Assembly (NCBI GenBank): GCA_035084275.1
Contig: CM068747.1
Coordinates: 19,158,001 to 19,222,000, forward strand
Length of the DNA stretch: 64,000 nucleotides
Origin: Hydrolagus colliei
Taxonomy: Eukaryota
Reading direction: 5' to 3'
The translations under genes were made by a program, and so were the position numbers. The notes beneath the pieces are model-generated. The model was not told the origin of the DNA. It did no database searches and saw only the letters and a list, made by a program, of their open reading frames with translations. Positions 13,923 to 28,185 of this stretch are shown in pieces. Positions within the stretch are counted from its first letter, which is position 1. Each line of letters starts with the position of its first letter.

Positions 13923-14143
13923 CTGTAAAAGTCTGTTTATCTGTGACCCGATCAACCATATCTTCCGTATAACCGGAACATTCAAAAAAGGTCCGCATTC
14001 GATTAACTGGAATTTATCCGGAAAAATGCATTTTTTGAGGAATTGTTTTGCCTTTTTTTTGGTGTTTTTGGCCGAATATCCAGCACGCACTTTAACCGGC
14101 ATTGGCCAGGTCCCAAGGGTGCCGGATAAACAAGCTTTTACTG
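13923..14143. mobile_element. Short MITE of the same Tigger-like family
   Basis: TA-flanked; same TIRs and subterminal sequence as 5676-6478. Confidence 0.88.
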
Positions 14144-14256
14144 TACTTGGAAAATAACCACCACATTCTAGAAAGTATTCTGTTTGATTTCTATGAAAAA
14201 CCTTGAACATTCTCTGTAAAAGACAATACAGACTGATCCCTAGGATAATGCATAGT

Positions 14257-15142
14257 TGGAGTTCTGCAACTCAGTGGTTAGAGCATTCACCTTGCAACAA
14301 CAACAACACCAAAAAAAAAATTACATTCGTACAGTGCTTTTCACGTCAGGAGGATGTTCCAAGGCGCTAAACAGTCACTGCTTCAGACCCGGGCTGAGGT
14401 CAGGGGAGGGGAAGGAGTTGCCAATGGGTCCATCGAAGAGGAGAGTCTTGAGGAGAGACTTGAAGGAGGCCAAGGAGGGGGTGAGGCAGAGGGCTTCGGG
14501 ATGGAGTTCCAGAGGTTGGAGGCAGAGTGACTGAAGGCTCACCCGCCAGTAGTTGGGCGGGTGGGTTGAGGGACGTGGAGCAGGCCAGAGTCTGCTGAAT
14601 GGAGGGGGGTGGGCAGGTTGGTAAGGGGATATGAGGTAATGGATGTAGGGGCGAGGTTGTGGAGGACTTTGAATGTGAGGACCAGGATCTTCAATTGGAT
14701 CCTCTGGATGATGGGGAGCCAATAGAGTCGGGCAAGGATGGGGGTCACAGAGTTTGGAATGGTAGAGGACATGGGCTGCAGAGGGCATTTGCAAGGCACA
14801 ATCAACCCGGGATGTAATGAAGGCATTTATAGGATCGGGTTCAATTCTCGGCAGGGCAAAATGTTGGTCATGTTTCCTTATTCCACACACCTCTGTTTAC
14901 CTAGCAGCCAGGAACCCGCTTGTTATTCAATTGGCGGATCACATTTCCAGTAATAATCCCTTTAAAAAAAAGAATTTGGTAACTCAATCGCTGACTGTTT
15001 GTGAGACACTGCTATGTGCAAAACACAAAGCTGCCACACTTTGTCCACAAAATATACAGTCAATTCACTTTACAGTATATTCTGAGATGTCTTAAAGACT
15101 TGATATGGGGCTATATTAAATGCAATGCATATTATTATTATC
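14257..15142 (+). mobile_element. tRNA-headed SINE (long subfamily) containing an antisense L2 3' fragment at about 14298-14830
   Basis: Head is broken after caccttgcaa by a (CAA)n L2 tail; SINE resumes at gggttcaattctcggcaggg. Confidence 0.85.
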
Positions 15143-15283
15143 ATAATGCACTTGTGGTGTGGATAGAGTCTGGTACATTTCCATCTCCCAGAACTGATTG
15201 GCTTCTTGGATTTAATGTCCAGCAGTATCCCAGCAATAGTTCAAATGTTCGCTGAAACAGTTCCTGTTCTCCTGTGCGCTAAT

Positions 15284-15309
15284 CGGAAGTGACGTCAGTG
15301 GTGACGTAA
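15284..15309. promoter_or_regulatory. Overlapping ETS-CRE motif CGGAAGTGACGTCA plus a second CRE-like TGACGTAA
   Basis: Exact motif in sequence, inside a locally CpG-retaining patch I cannot assign to a repeat; function untested. Confidence 0.45.
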
Positions 15310-16139
15310 AAAATATCAGCAGCGATCTGTTGACTTGGAAGCATTGGGCAGCGGCTATTTTTGTAATGTGCTCTGTCTTAAATTGTGGTCTGATTTTACG
15401 GATTACTTTGTAAAAAGGGTTGGTTTGGGAAAACCTTACGATGTGAAAAACGATATATAAATGTAAATTCCTTCACCACTGTTATATACTGGGTGACCGG
15501 AAATTTGTGTAGCTACCTTAAGGCGTATTAAACATTGCAAAGGCATCATGAATTTTTGGACACCCTGTGGTATTCACAACAAGTTTTAGGAGCTGTGGCG
15601 TAAAATATGACTGTGGCAGTACAATTGTATTTGCATTGGATGTACAGTATTGGGGTGGCATAGCCGATTATTCAAGAGTTGTGTGAAGTTCATGGAATTT
15701 TAGTTTCACAAGCATTTTTGCTGATGTTGGATATGGGACGTCCTCTCGATGTGAAAGGCGCTATATAAATGTAAAGATTGATTGATTGATCGATCAGCTA
15801 GATTCTAGCATTTATTAGACCATGGCAGATCTTTTAGTCTTATTTGTCCACCTTTTCTCCACATCCCTTAATCCATTACTTCCTCAGTATTTTCTGTCTC
15901 CTTTTAAATATTTAAATCAATTTTACAATTAAGGATCTCTCAGCATAGCCCCCAGTTTACACCCCAAATTGTATCAGACTTCACCTAGGACTCAAACTTT
16001 CATCATAACTGAAGTCACCTAACCCTGTATGACATACAAGGTAAATGTTGTGTCGTAAACTCCCAGTCACCATGGAGCAGTTATGCTGTAAAAGTATCAT
16101 CATATCAGAGAACTGGTCAAGTTTGTGTGTGTGTCCTCC

Positions 16140-17615
16140 CTTTCAGGGAGAATATCTAATGCTGTAGTGGAGGGTTTAAACTAATTTCGAGGGGGGAAGG
16201 AAATGCAAAAAGTAGTAGTCCAGAAAAAGGAGCGATAAGTCAGAGGAAAATGCATAATAGGCTAAGTTGGTCTTAGAGTGCATGTGCGTAAATGCATAGA
16301 GTGTGACAAATAAGATTGGTGAGCTGCAGGCTCAAATTGCCACAAGGGGATATAATGTTGTGACAATAACGGAGACTTGGCTCAAACAAGGACAGGAATG
16401 GGAGCTGAATATTCCTGGCTATAATGTATTCACGAGGGATACGGAAGGAAACAAAGGAGGGGAGTGGCAGTATTAATTGAAGACACGGTTACAGCCTTAG
16501 AAAGGGATGTGGTACAAGAGGTCCTAAAAACAGAATCTATCTGCTTAGAATTAAGGAACAAAAAAGGAGCCTTTACACTTTTAGGGCTATACTATAGACC
16601 ACCAAATAAGGGAAGGAGATAGATGAGCAGATCTGCAAGCAGATTTCAGAAAGATGCAAAGCCAATAGAGTAGTGATGAGAGGGGAATTCAATTATCCCA
16701 ACATAGACGGGCAAAATAACAGTAAGGACAAGGAAGGGGAAGGATTCCTGAAATGTGAGCAGGATAACTTTCTTGATCACTATGTTTCCAGCCCAATGAA
16801 GAAGGAAGCAGTGCTGGATCTAATTCTGGGGAATGAAGTGGGACAACTGGAGCAGGTTTCAGTAGGAGAGCATCTGGGCGATAGTGATCACAACATCATT
16901 AGATTCAGAGTACTTATGGAAAGGGCAAAGAACAAGCAAAAGTGAGGATACTCAACTGGAAGAGGGAAAATTTCAGTTAGTTAAGGGACCTAGCTAAGGT
17001 GGATTGGAAAGAAAGATTGGCAGGATTGGCAGCTAAGAGCAATGGGAAGTCTTCAAGGAGGAGATAGTTCGGGGACAGAACAAATACATTCCCACAAAGG
17101 TAAAAAGCAGGGCATCCAAACCTCTCTGGATGACTAAAGAAATTGGGATTTACCAGGGTGGTACCAGGAATGAGGAACTTTGGTTATGAGAAAAGGCCAG
17201 AGAGGCTAGGATTATTCTCATTGGAGCAGAAATGTTTATAATAGACATAATAGAAGTTTTCAAAACATGAAGGGATTCGATAGGGTAAACAGGGAAAAAG
17301 TGTTTCCACTGGTGGGTGTTTTAGTGACTGGAAGTCAAAATAGTTTCTACAAGAAGCAGAGGGGAGGTGAGGAGAAATATTTTCGTGCAGTGAGTTGTTC
17401 GAATGTGGAATGCATTGCCTGAAAAGGTGTTGGAGGCTGATTCGAAAACAACTTTTAAAAGAGAAGGTTGATGGTTATTTGAGGAAGATGGGTTTGGGGA
17501 GTTATGGGGAGAGAGCCGGGGAGTGGGATTGACTTTGAATAGCTCTTTTCAAAGAGCCAGCACGGACATGATGGGCCAAATGGCTTCCTTTTGTGCTGTA
17601 AATGCTTTGATTTGA
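16140..17615 (+). mobile_element. CR1 LINE: ORF1 end, APE endonuclease, large RT deletion, 3' end
   Basis: GGTTTAAACTAA ORF1 stop; CVNA..V.NKIGEL, ITETWL, GEFNYPNID, LDLILGNE and HLGDSDHN motifs; jumps to the ORF2 C-terminus near 17150; CR1 tail gatgggccaaatggc. Confidence 0.92.
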
Positions 17616-20254
17616 TGACTTGTCCTGTTTATTTCTGGAATATAATGTTTCTAGTTTTGGATGTGTTAAATTGGCCTAAAAGCACTGAGTGCCCCAGTCT
17701 TCCTGTGAAACGTTGATTGGCACCACAACAGACATAAATGCCACATTGTTCTCATCGAGCTAAGGTTTGTATAGTCTTGCAATACATGTTCTACTGATGT
17801 AAAATGTAATAAAGATTTGACCAATGTGACACCTGTTGATGCTATTGTGAGTGCTTTCATGAGATTAGTTAGTAGCTTTGCTAAATTGGTTTTTGTGCAT
17901 GAATGGACATGATGGTTAAATCAGCGGAAAACCACTTTGAGAAGCTTGAACTATGATTTTTCCAGCAGATTCACAGTTGAAGGACGGAGATACAAAGTTC
18001 ATGTATAATAAAACAAACTGAGCTATCAAAGGCTTCACAGCAATTGTTATAAGTGGGAATAATAAACCTATTATGCCTTCAAAATCTTATGTGAAATGGA
18101 CTGAATTTCTCAAATATTGTACAGTATTTTAAGATGTGAAATTGACACATATAATTCTACAATATCATTGACACATATTGACATTTTGATTGATTTCCTT
18201 TAGATTCTCCGTTCTTGTTCAAAGAAATGATATTGGTAAAATGAACTGGATCATCATTTCTAAAGTATGATTTGAACACAATTTAAATCAGATTATTATA
18301 AAATACTGAAACATAGGAGTTCATTTTGTTCTATTTATACTTACTAACTTTATTTATGTGAAAGTATCTATGTGTTCATTTAATGCAGCTGAAAGACATG
18401 TACAGAATTTATGTGGTTAATGGAAAACTATAATTAAATTATTCAAGAAAGCCTAAAGCTAGAGTATTTTAGTAATTCATTCCTTACTGCCATATCTCAC
18501 TTTGTGTTAGATACCCAGTGAAATAATATACATTAATGCAATAGTATATATGCATTACAGTCTCAAAATGAATAACTGTAATGAAAATGAATATTAAGAA
18601 GCACCAAGTACACCAAAGAGATGTAAAATCTATAATCATCCAACTGTTTACTATTTTCTATAATTATTATTACCTGGTTGAAAAGTTCTTATAATATTTA
18701 TACATATTCATTGTAGTTGCTACTTTAATATGCTATTTTACAATAAAAATATCAATATAACCTCTCCTGCACCACAAATTACCATTATTATAGCAAAACT
18801 GTTCAAATGTTTTTTTTTGCCACCAATGTTCTCATCTTGCTCTTGTCTTCTAAATATATTTCCTTATTAAGTGAATATATCAAGTCAGCATCAGGCATCT
18901 TCCAGTATCTTATTAACTGATCATTATAGCAATGCACTGTACAGAGTGAATCTTCAAATTAAAGTATATAATAATATATTATATATTATAACATGTATTA
19001 TATAAATTAAAGTATGGCATAAATTCACACTGTAGGTAATATAGTTTGACCTACAGCACAGTCTTACCCAGGTGGCCAGTGTGACTAACTACAGAGTTTT
19101 CAGAGCAATTTCACTACAGCCTTTAATTGAGTATTAACATTTCAATAGTCCACAATCTATCGATGACTAAGAATTCTCTTCTCATTTATATTATTAAAAT
19201 AATAAACTAGATACTGTATGTAGATCCACACCATATGCTACAAAATGCAGAACAATTAGATTTTTTAGAAAACTAGGTTTGGAACATAGAAACATTTGGG
19301 TTATGTGTTAATGTTTTCCCACTCAAGCTCCTAAGTTCCTCCATTCCATTATTATTCACAGTTACCTTTTATAGCCTAAATGTTTAATTAACATTACCTG
19401 ACCACAAGGGTGTTTCTGGTGTATTTCAATATCATAGCAAACCAATGCAACACTCGAGCTGTACGATTCCTTATTTCAATTTCATGAATATATAACCAGC
19501 CACATTGTCCAAACTATCTGAGATTGAGTCTCTCTTACAATATAATATGATGCAGGCAGGCAGGCCTCCTTAGTGTGTATATTAACCTATTTAAACTCCC
19601 AGATTTACACTAAGTGTCGTAACTCATTATTATCATTCTGTTTGATTGTTAACTCTTTACTCTCCGGCAATTCTTGAGTGTTCACACTGAGCCAACTTTA
19701 ATCTCTCTTCACGATAAACAATCACAAGAAATGTAATCTGTCTACAAAAAATTATTTGGAATATTGCCAAGTATTGACTTATCCAAAATGAAATACTTGA
19801 TTCCTGATTCAATACTCAAAAAATCTTCTGGTGTCCTGGCCAACACTCCCTCAAATAAAATTGGTCATTCACTTCATGGCTGTTTGCACACAGAACATGA
19901 AAGGGTGGTCATCTTATTGTGCTGATTTTGAATCTTTGAGGTTCTCATTTTGGCGGGTAAGTAAATATTGGGATCTATCCTCCTATCAGTGAATCTGCAT
20001 TATAACACTACTGTATTATTAAAACAGAGCTGGGTTCTACCATACCTGTAACAAGGGAAAAAGAAAGAGTGTTTTTACTGCAAGATTAGATGTTTTATAC
20101 GTTCTTATGTTCAAAGTGTTTGATGTTTGGAAATCTATCTACTACAATTGTCTATTCTTTTGCAATTTCCTGCTTTCTTCTCAATTAACTACACCTCTTA
20201 TCTGTGGGTCATCAGAAACGTTTAAATATACTCTACTCCAATCCAGATATTTTA

Positions 20255-20428
20255 CATAATCCCTTAAAAACAATTGGTCAATCAATCCACGACTGATCAT
20301 GGGACACTGTGGTGCGCAATTGGTTTCCACATTTGTTCCACAAACTATAGTATATTCTGTGAAGCTTTTTGAGACATCTCAAAGATGCGATAAGGCTCTA
20401 TGTCAAATGCAAGGATTATTATTATTAT
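20255..20428 (+). mobile_element. 5'-truncated SINE
   Basis: Core and tail of the SINE family. Confidence 0.8.
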
Positions 20429-20464
20429 GGTGTGCCGCAGCCTCAATAACTGGTTAACAACATA

Positions 20465-20672
20465 AAGTAAAAGTCCGTTTATCTGGCATCCGATCAACTG
20501 TAATTTCCGTATAATCGGCATCACAAAAAAAATCCGCATTCGATTAACTGGAATTTAACTGGAAAAATGCATTGATTATAATTTTTTTTTGCATTTTCGG
20601 CCGAATATCCGGCAGGCGCTTTAACCGGCATTGGCCAGATTCCGAGGGTGCCGGATAAACGGGCTTTTACTG
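20465..20672. mobile_element. Short MITE of the Tigger-like family
   Basis: TA-flanked; ends ggataaacgggcttttactg. Confidence 0.88.
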
Positions 20673-21619
20673 TATATTATGCCCGCTATCAATGAATGTC
20701 CCTTTCATTCTAAATTTCTACCTTTGTGTTCCCAACTAATCCTTTACCATAATATTTCCTTCAATTATATGCACTCTTAAATTTAGCTACAAACCTCCTT
20801 ATATTGCACCTTTTCAAATGCTTTCTGAAAATGTGCATCCAATAATCCTATATCTACCACCTCCAAAGATTTTTTTGGGATTACTCAAACGTAATTTCAC
20901 CATTACAAAATCAGATTGGTTCATATTTATCCAGATGCTTGGTTTTATGCATTTGCTCAGATAAATTGTGACAATTTTTCAGTATAAGTAAAAAGGAAAT
21001 ACTTTCAGGAAAAAGATCAGATTATCTGCAGAATAATGCATTTCAACAGCTTATGCAATCTTTGTCCACAAACAGAATAATTGAGAACCCTGACCACAGT
21101 CTTAATGTCGATGAGTATTTAATTATTTTCAAGTGTCTGGCACCACAAAGCATGGCTTTTGGTGTTGCCATTGATAATAGGATGATAAATACCAGGCATC
21201 AGAACAAACTGGGGGTTAGTGAAGATTGATGAATAAAAAAAGGGAGCACATACCAAGAGCATTGAATGTGGCCTGAACCAGAAGTGGCTCTGCAGTTGTA
21301 TCTGAACATCCATTAGTGAAGAAAATAGTGAAGACGACAAATAGCTCTTGTCCTCAAAATAACAAAGTCAGAAGATTCCAAGGCTGAAGTAGCCTATGGT
21401 GATCTTGCATTAAATTAGAGGTGGTTCAATGCTCTGTGAAATGAGGGCATTCATCTGTTTAAATTGCTTAAAGCAAAATAACATGTATTTCCAACACTGG
21501 ATGACTTGATTTATAAGACTTCTGCAGTGTCTGACATCGTTTGAGTCTTATTGGTATAACTCTGCTAACCAATAGCAAAAGCTTAACACAAGTTTTAAAT
21601 GGATTGAACCTCGAGGCGT

Positions 21620-21725
21620 ACTACAGTCAATTCACTTTACAATATATTCTGTGAAGCGCTTTGAGACATCTGGAAGATGTGAAAAGCGTGATATCAAATT
21701 CAAGGTTTATTTTTATTATTATTAC
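21620..21725 (+). mobile_element. SINE 3' fragment
   Basis: acagtcaattcactttac...atcaaattcaagg. Confidence 0.8.
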
Positions 21726-23464
21726 TCTGTATGCACCATTTGTACACACAACTGCCAAAAAATGATCTCAGCTGCCTCCAAGTGCCCTTACCAAGTCAAT
21801 AAATAGCAAAGATGACATTTTCAGATCTGGTAAGTTTCCCCTGGAGAAATTAACTAAAGTAAACCAAATAAATACACTGTGAAAACTATAGGTGCTGGCA
21901 TGACAAGTGCACTGAAGTTACTCCTCTGCTTTCTCTACATGAATTAATTCCCATATAAATACAGTCGAATCAGAAACAGCTTCAAAATCAATAATGGTAC
22001 TTGCAGTGGAAAATGAAATATATTTGCATGATTCAGCTGAGAATTGCTAGGTAGCAGTTATCAGACCTGACTCAGTCTTGAAAATAAATTAATACCTTTT
22101 TGCCTGCTGCAGTATATTGGTGATATTTTAGAATGCAGTCAATCTCACCTATTTGAAGATTCCACAATACATCTGTTATGGTATTACATCTGTGGAAATG
22201 ATATTTTTCTAAAGTTTAGCTGTGGCTTTTAAAAAAATTGACTTTGCTGGAAGGTCATTTTTCAGAGAGACCCTTCAGAGGAACTGAAAACTAAATAGCC
22301 AAAATGATTTGAGGTCTATATATTTCATACGTATTATCCAAAAAGAAAGGTAATACCTGTATTAATTCTGGAGTACATGTTCCATCTCTGCATTGCTTCA
22401 GATTAAAATATTGTTCTTTGTGGTGATATTATGGCATTCTAAAAGGAGATGATTTTGATTATAGAATTCCTGGACTAAAAAAAGGTTATGCTTACTGTAA
22501 ACCCTAATTTTAATCTAATCAGTGTGAGGTGTTTTAGAACATTGTATTCATTTTATCTTACAAAAAATAGTCATTGTACTTTATTCCTGTGAAGAGCTTT
22601 AAGACATTCTCATTATATAAATGCACTATACTATATATTTCCCAATGTGAAAGGTGCTATACAAATGTAGTGCGTTTATTGTTAAAATTATTCATGTTCA
22701 GAATGTAAATGTTTAGGAATATTTTCAGTCTATGGTTGCTTTACAAATACACAGAATTAACACAGAACATTTTTTTTTGGAGGCTTTGTGTGTTACTGAA
22801 CAACAGAAAGTGTGGATGATTATATATTCCTGTGTATGGATGGTGACATCTGCAGAAAACAGTGGGATGGATATTCTGAGTGTGTAACCATCCTGAATTA
22901 TCAGTGTGAGATTTGTGACAGCATATGGTTATTCTAAAATGGGAAAAAATGTATGTTTTAACAGTGCCTAAACATATGACTCAATTGTGGCACTGTACCA
23001 ATGACAGATTGCAAACATGAGTAAGAAGTATATGTATGAACAAAGTTTAGTTTAAGACTATTCTTTTGCAGTCTCAGGTTTTAGGTTGAGATGATGTACT
23101 GTATTTTTAAATTACATCTGGTTTCCCGAAGTTAAGATTTTCCTTGGAAACAGTACATTAGTCAGCAGCAGTGGGTTAATTGCTAGATTTTGTTGCAATG
23201 AACATTCTTCCAGCGATTAAACAGCAATGTTTTATTTTATGGGTTAATAAATAGCCAACATTTTTGTAGATGGAAATAAACTAAATTCCTCTATTTTCAT
23301 TTTAAGCTTCTGCAAACAGATAACAAAAAGACTGCCAATGACCTTGCACCATGGATGCTTTCGGTAACTGCAGAACAGTTCCCTTTGAAACTTGTTTTAA
23401 ATCCATTTAAACAAATTAGAAGAAACTAGATATTGCTAGGATTTAGTAACTGGTGCAATAATCT

Positions 23465-23790
23465 AATAATAATGATAATCCTTGCATGTCATATAGCGCT
23501 TTTCAGATCTTCTAGACATCATAAAGCGCTTCACAGAATATACTGTAAAGCGAATTGACTGTATGTTTGTATGGGCAAAATACAACAACAAACAACAAAA
23601 ATTACATTATAGAGTACTCTTCAGGGCTAAAAAGGAAAGCTGGGGCTGAACTTGACATCTAAGTTGCACATGGGTTTGGTGAGTCTGAGGGAGAGACCAG
23701 GAAGGTTGAGAAGTTCAGGTTGAGAACCTTATAGGAGGGAAGATGTTGACGGGTGCCAAAGAGTATGGCTTCCATCCTGTTGAAATCATG
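23465..23790 (-). mobile_element. SINE 3' end joined to an L2 remnant
   Basis: SINE tail to about 23580, then a (CAA)n L2 tail and RT pieces. Confidence 0.7.
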
Positions 23791-23939
23791 CAAAAATAAA
23801 GATGGGTATTTAATTAAAGTAATTCATAATTTTTCCTCCTTCTCCGCAAGAGAAAAGGGTTTGCCAATCACTTGCTTTATAATTCTTGTGCCAATTATAA
23901 AGGTTATTTGTGGAACTGCTTAATTTAGAAACAAAAATT

Positions 23940-24290
23940 GTATTTGGTAAAGTGCCTTTCACATCAGAAGGACATTTAAATCTTCACAGGATATATTTGT
24001 AAAGTGCAGTGCCTGTATTTTGTATGCGAACACAGCAAAGAATTTGCACACAGCAGGGTCCCACAATTAGACATGAAGTGAATGGTCATATTTTGTTGGC
24101 CAGAATATTGGAATAACGCCCTTCTCTTTTTGAAAAATATAATTCAATCTTTAATGTCCACCGAACAGGCAGATATGAGCCTTGAACCCACACCCTTCTG
24201 ACTCAAGAGGCGAGAGTACTACTACCAACTCAACAACATGTTGCATTTATATAGCGCCCTTCACTCGGGATAGCGTCTCAGAGTGCAAAA
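23940..24290 (-). mobile_element. Old Deu-type SINE plus a LINE tail
   Basis: ttgcacacagcagggtcccaca, tctttaatgtccacc and head ttctgactcaagaggcgagagt. Confidence 0.6.
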
Positions 24291-24879
24291 ACTGAATGAG
24301 AAGCCTCTTCATCTGTATGAGAAATGATTATATTTTTAAGATCAAATGCAAAGCATAAAATTGTCCTTAAAATTGGCATTAATTGCCAATCTCAATTGGA
24401 GAGTGCAAGAAAGGAGGTCTGGAGCCATAAGGAGGCTATGTTGCTATACTTGACCTTGATCCTGTTGTTGTTTTGTTGTTGTTGATTCTGATATTTTAAG
24501 TCCAATTAATGTTCTATTCCTCATAAGCTCTCAGAGTCAGCACTGAGGGCGCGTGATCAGTGTAACTATTACTAAACCAGAGAGGTGTTCAATGATGATT
24601 ATGATGCTAGGAAGAGACTGAGACAGATGCAGTATTGAGATTAATGTCAAGCCTTGGTGAATATGTGCCTGAGAATTGTTAAATACTAAACTGCAATCCA
24701 CAGGTATTTCAAAGAAAGAATATGATGATTAAAGCATGATACAATATAATCACAATCAATGTACAAGATATTTCTTGAATTTAGTTTGCTTCTCAAGACT
24801 ATCCATTCATTAGTCCAAAACAAAATGATCTAACTATGTGTGGATCACTGAGGATGCCATATTTGGTATACGAGGTACA

Positions 24880-25272
24880 GCTAACATTCAAAGCCCTCCA
24901 CAGCCTCGCCCCACTCTACCTATCAACCGCCTAATCCCTACCAACCTGCCTGCCCCCTCCACTCAGCAGGCTCTGACCTGCTCCATATCCCCCGACCCAC
25001 CCATCCCTCCATTGGTGGGCGAGCCTTCAGCCACTCTATCCCCAACTTCTGGTACTCCATCCCGCCACCTCGCCCCCTCCCTGGCCTCCTTCAAGTACCA
25101 CCTCAAGACCCTCCTCTTTGACCCTCCCATCGATCACCCCAAATTCGCCTTCTTTCCCTCCACACTCCCAGTCCTTGACTCCAGCTCGCGTCTGAAACAA
25201 TGATTGTCCAACACCGTGGGATGTCCTCCCGATGTGAAAGGTGCTATACAAGTGTAATTTGGTCGTTGGTGT
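24880..25272 (+). mobile_element. L2 3' end
   Basis: LASFKYHLKTLLFD peptide and L2 tail. Confidence 0.85.
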
Positions 25273-27342
25273 TTATATGTAGCTCTAAGCAAAGATGAAA
25301 AGAATCTATGAAATGTAATAATTCTGGGGTGGGATGAAGTGGGTGGGGGGGGGGGGGGGGGGGTGAGAGAGAGAGTATAGCTAACACTATTTGGAGAGTA
25401 TCTGGAGATTTTGTTATATCTCTATGAACATTTATTTATAATAAAACAAATACGATCATGTTTCTATCAACAGAATCATTGATAAAATAGTTTAATCTGT
25501 TCATAGATCATCATAGTATTGAAACAGATGGTTGGTGAGAATGCCTACAGATTTAATAGGTAGATTGGTATTGGCATCAATGTGATTTGATTACACTTGG
25601 GAATATTTTCATCATGGAACTGTTAAAACTTTATTTATTTAATTGGATTTTCCTGTTGCTCTTTTGATTAAAAATTGTGATGTTATTTCACAGCGTGTTT
25701 ATGCTATTTAGAAATTGATTGATGCCAGCTTACTTAGTGCTGCTGGGAGCTGAAAAATATTTGGCAGAAGGCAACGAGAGAAATCTGAAACAAAACATTG
25801 GGGTCCAATTTCTTGATTGGAAAAGGATTTGAAACTGGAAAATCCTGTTGGTGCCCAAATATGTCTGAAGCTAATCCTGTGATCAAAGAAATCTCCAAGA
25901 GTAAATTTCCCAGCAGATTCCTAGTAGGTCCCAGCATTGGACATCACAGGCTTTGCTAGTTACAAATCTTTTTGCTAAATTATATCCCAAACAGTGGCAG
26001 TATTGTTCACGGTGAACAGTTATTAAGAGATATAATTCAACAACAGAATTACATTTGTATAGTGTCTTTCACATTGGGAGGACATCCCATGGCCCTGGAC
26101 AGTCAGGGATTTGGAACCAACCTGTGGGGCGGTGGGATAAGGGAGGGTGGAATCTAGGAGGGGGAGCCGAAAGCACGATCAAAGAGGAGGATTTTCAGAT
26201 GTGTCTTGAAGGAGGCAAGGGAGGGAGTAAGGCAAAGGGATGTTGGATAAGTCCCAAAGAGTCGGGCTAAAAGCCTGTCCACCGATGTGTGGTGGGCCGG
26301 ACTGGGCAAGAACATGGGGTAGGCCGGAGACTACTGGGTGGTGTGAGAGGATTTATAAGAAGATAGCAGGTCACAGAGGTAGAAAGGAACAAGGCTTTGA
26401 AGGCTTTGCAGGTGAAGGTGAAGACGAGGATTTTAAATTCTATCCTCTGAGGGATCGGAATCCAATGGAGTCAGATGAGGGTGGGGTTGATGGGGTTCAC
26501 AGAGCCTAGTGTGGGAGAGGACAGAGTTCTGGAGATCTGCAGTTTTTGGAGGGAAGAGTTGGGAAGGCCAACAAGCACGGAATTTGTGTAGTTGAACCTA
26601 GATGTGATGAATGAGTGTTTCAGCAGCCTGAGGGGTGATGCAGTGGCGGAAACGGGTAATGTTGTGGAGGAGGGGGAAGGCAGAGCAGGTCATGGTATGG
26701 ATGTAGGAGAGGAAAAACAGCTGAATGTCAAAAAGATGCCTAGTTTCCTGACTGGCTCAATGAGGTAGAGTGTACGTCCTTGATGCTGCCGGTGATGCTG
26801 TCGGTGCCCGAGTTGTGGAGGCACTGACGGGAACGAATCAGGAAGATCTTGGTCTTCTGGTGTTCAACTGTAGAAAGTTAGCTCTCATCCAGGACTTGAT
26901 GTCTAACAGATATTCTGTCAGGACCACCGTGATCCTGGAGTTGAGAGTGGAGGCAGAGAGGTAGAGTTATGCGCATACATGTGGAAGTTGACCCCACTTC
27001 TGTGGAGGATGTCACCAAGAGGGAGCACATACAGGGTGAAGAGGAGAGGAATATGGACAGAGCCCTCAGGAGCACTGCAGGGACTGGAGGAGAAGCTCTT
27101 TGGAGAGACAAAGTGTAGATGGTGTGAGAAATAGGATCTGATCCATTCAAGGAGAGAACCATGAATGTAGAGGTGATAGGAAAGGAGGAGGATGAAGTGG
27201 TCAATGGTATCAAAGACAGCAGAGAGGTCAAGGAGGATTAGGAGACAGAGAGAGCCCTGGTCACAAATGGACAGAATGTAATTTGTCAATTTGACCAGAA
27301 TGGCATTTGTCAATGTGGTGTCAATTTGAAACCTGATAGCAG

Positions 27343-27593
27343 GGAGTCCTGTAGCTCAATGGTTCGAGCACTTGTCTTACAAGTGTGAGATCTGTGTTTG
27401 AACCCAGGCAGGGGCGAAACCTTGGGCATGTTTCCTTACTCCACAAGCCCAATAATAATCTCTAAAAAAAAACTATACTAAATTGGTCACTTCAATCCAT
27501 GACTGTTTGTGGAACACTGCTGTGCACAATTGGCTGCGTTTTGCCCACAACAAAATACAGTCAATTCACTTAACAGTATATTCTGTGAAGTGC
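27343..27593 (+). mobile_element. tRNA-headed SINE lacking its tail
   Basis: ggagtcctgtagctcaatggtt...gtgaagtgct. Confidence 0.9.
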
Positions 27594-27610
27594 TAGCATT
27601 CCAGAACCTT

Positions 27611-28185
27611 GGAGTCCTGTAGCTTAGTGGTTAGAACATTCACCTTACAAGCATGAGACCTGAGTTTCAAATCCAGGCAGGTCAGGACAAAACCTTGGTC
27701 AAGTTTCCTTACTCCACACGCCTAATAATAATCCGTCCAAAGAAAAACAATAACAATTTGGTCATTTCAACCCACGGCCCTTTGTGGGACACTGCTGTGC
27801 GCAATTGGCTGCCGCATTTCGCCCACAATATACAGCCAATTCACTTTACAGTACAGGTAGACCTCACTTAACGTTGCTTCGATCAACATTGTTTTGTTAT
27901 TACATCACTGATATATAGGGAACATATATTCATTTAACATCGTGACTTTTGCTATTACGTCGTTCGCGCCAATGGAAATAAACTACTTTGGGTAGCATAG
28001 GCGTACATAGACGCCAAACGTCCGGTATTCTTCAGCGGGCTCGCTTAACGTCCTTTTGTTTAATCTTGCACTTTTCGAGAACTCAACTGCGACGTTAAGC
28101 GAGGACTAAGTGTATATTCTGTGAGGTGCTTTGAGATGTCTAGAAAATGTGAAGAGCGCTATATCAAATGCAAGGATTATTATTA
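27611..28185 (+). mobile_element. tRNA-headed SINE with a MITE inserted
   Basis: Complete SINE once 27854-28114 is removed. Confidence 0.9.
27854..28112. mobile_element. Second Tigger-like MITE family (259 bp)
   Basis: TIRs CAGGTAGACCTCACTTAACGTTG / CGACGTTAAGCGAGGACTAAGTG; TA duplication inside the SINE tacagTAtattc site. Confidence 0.88.
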
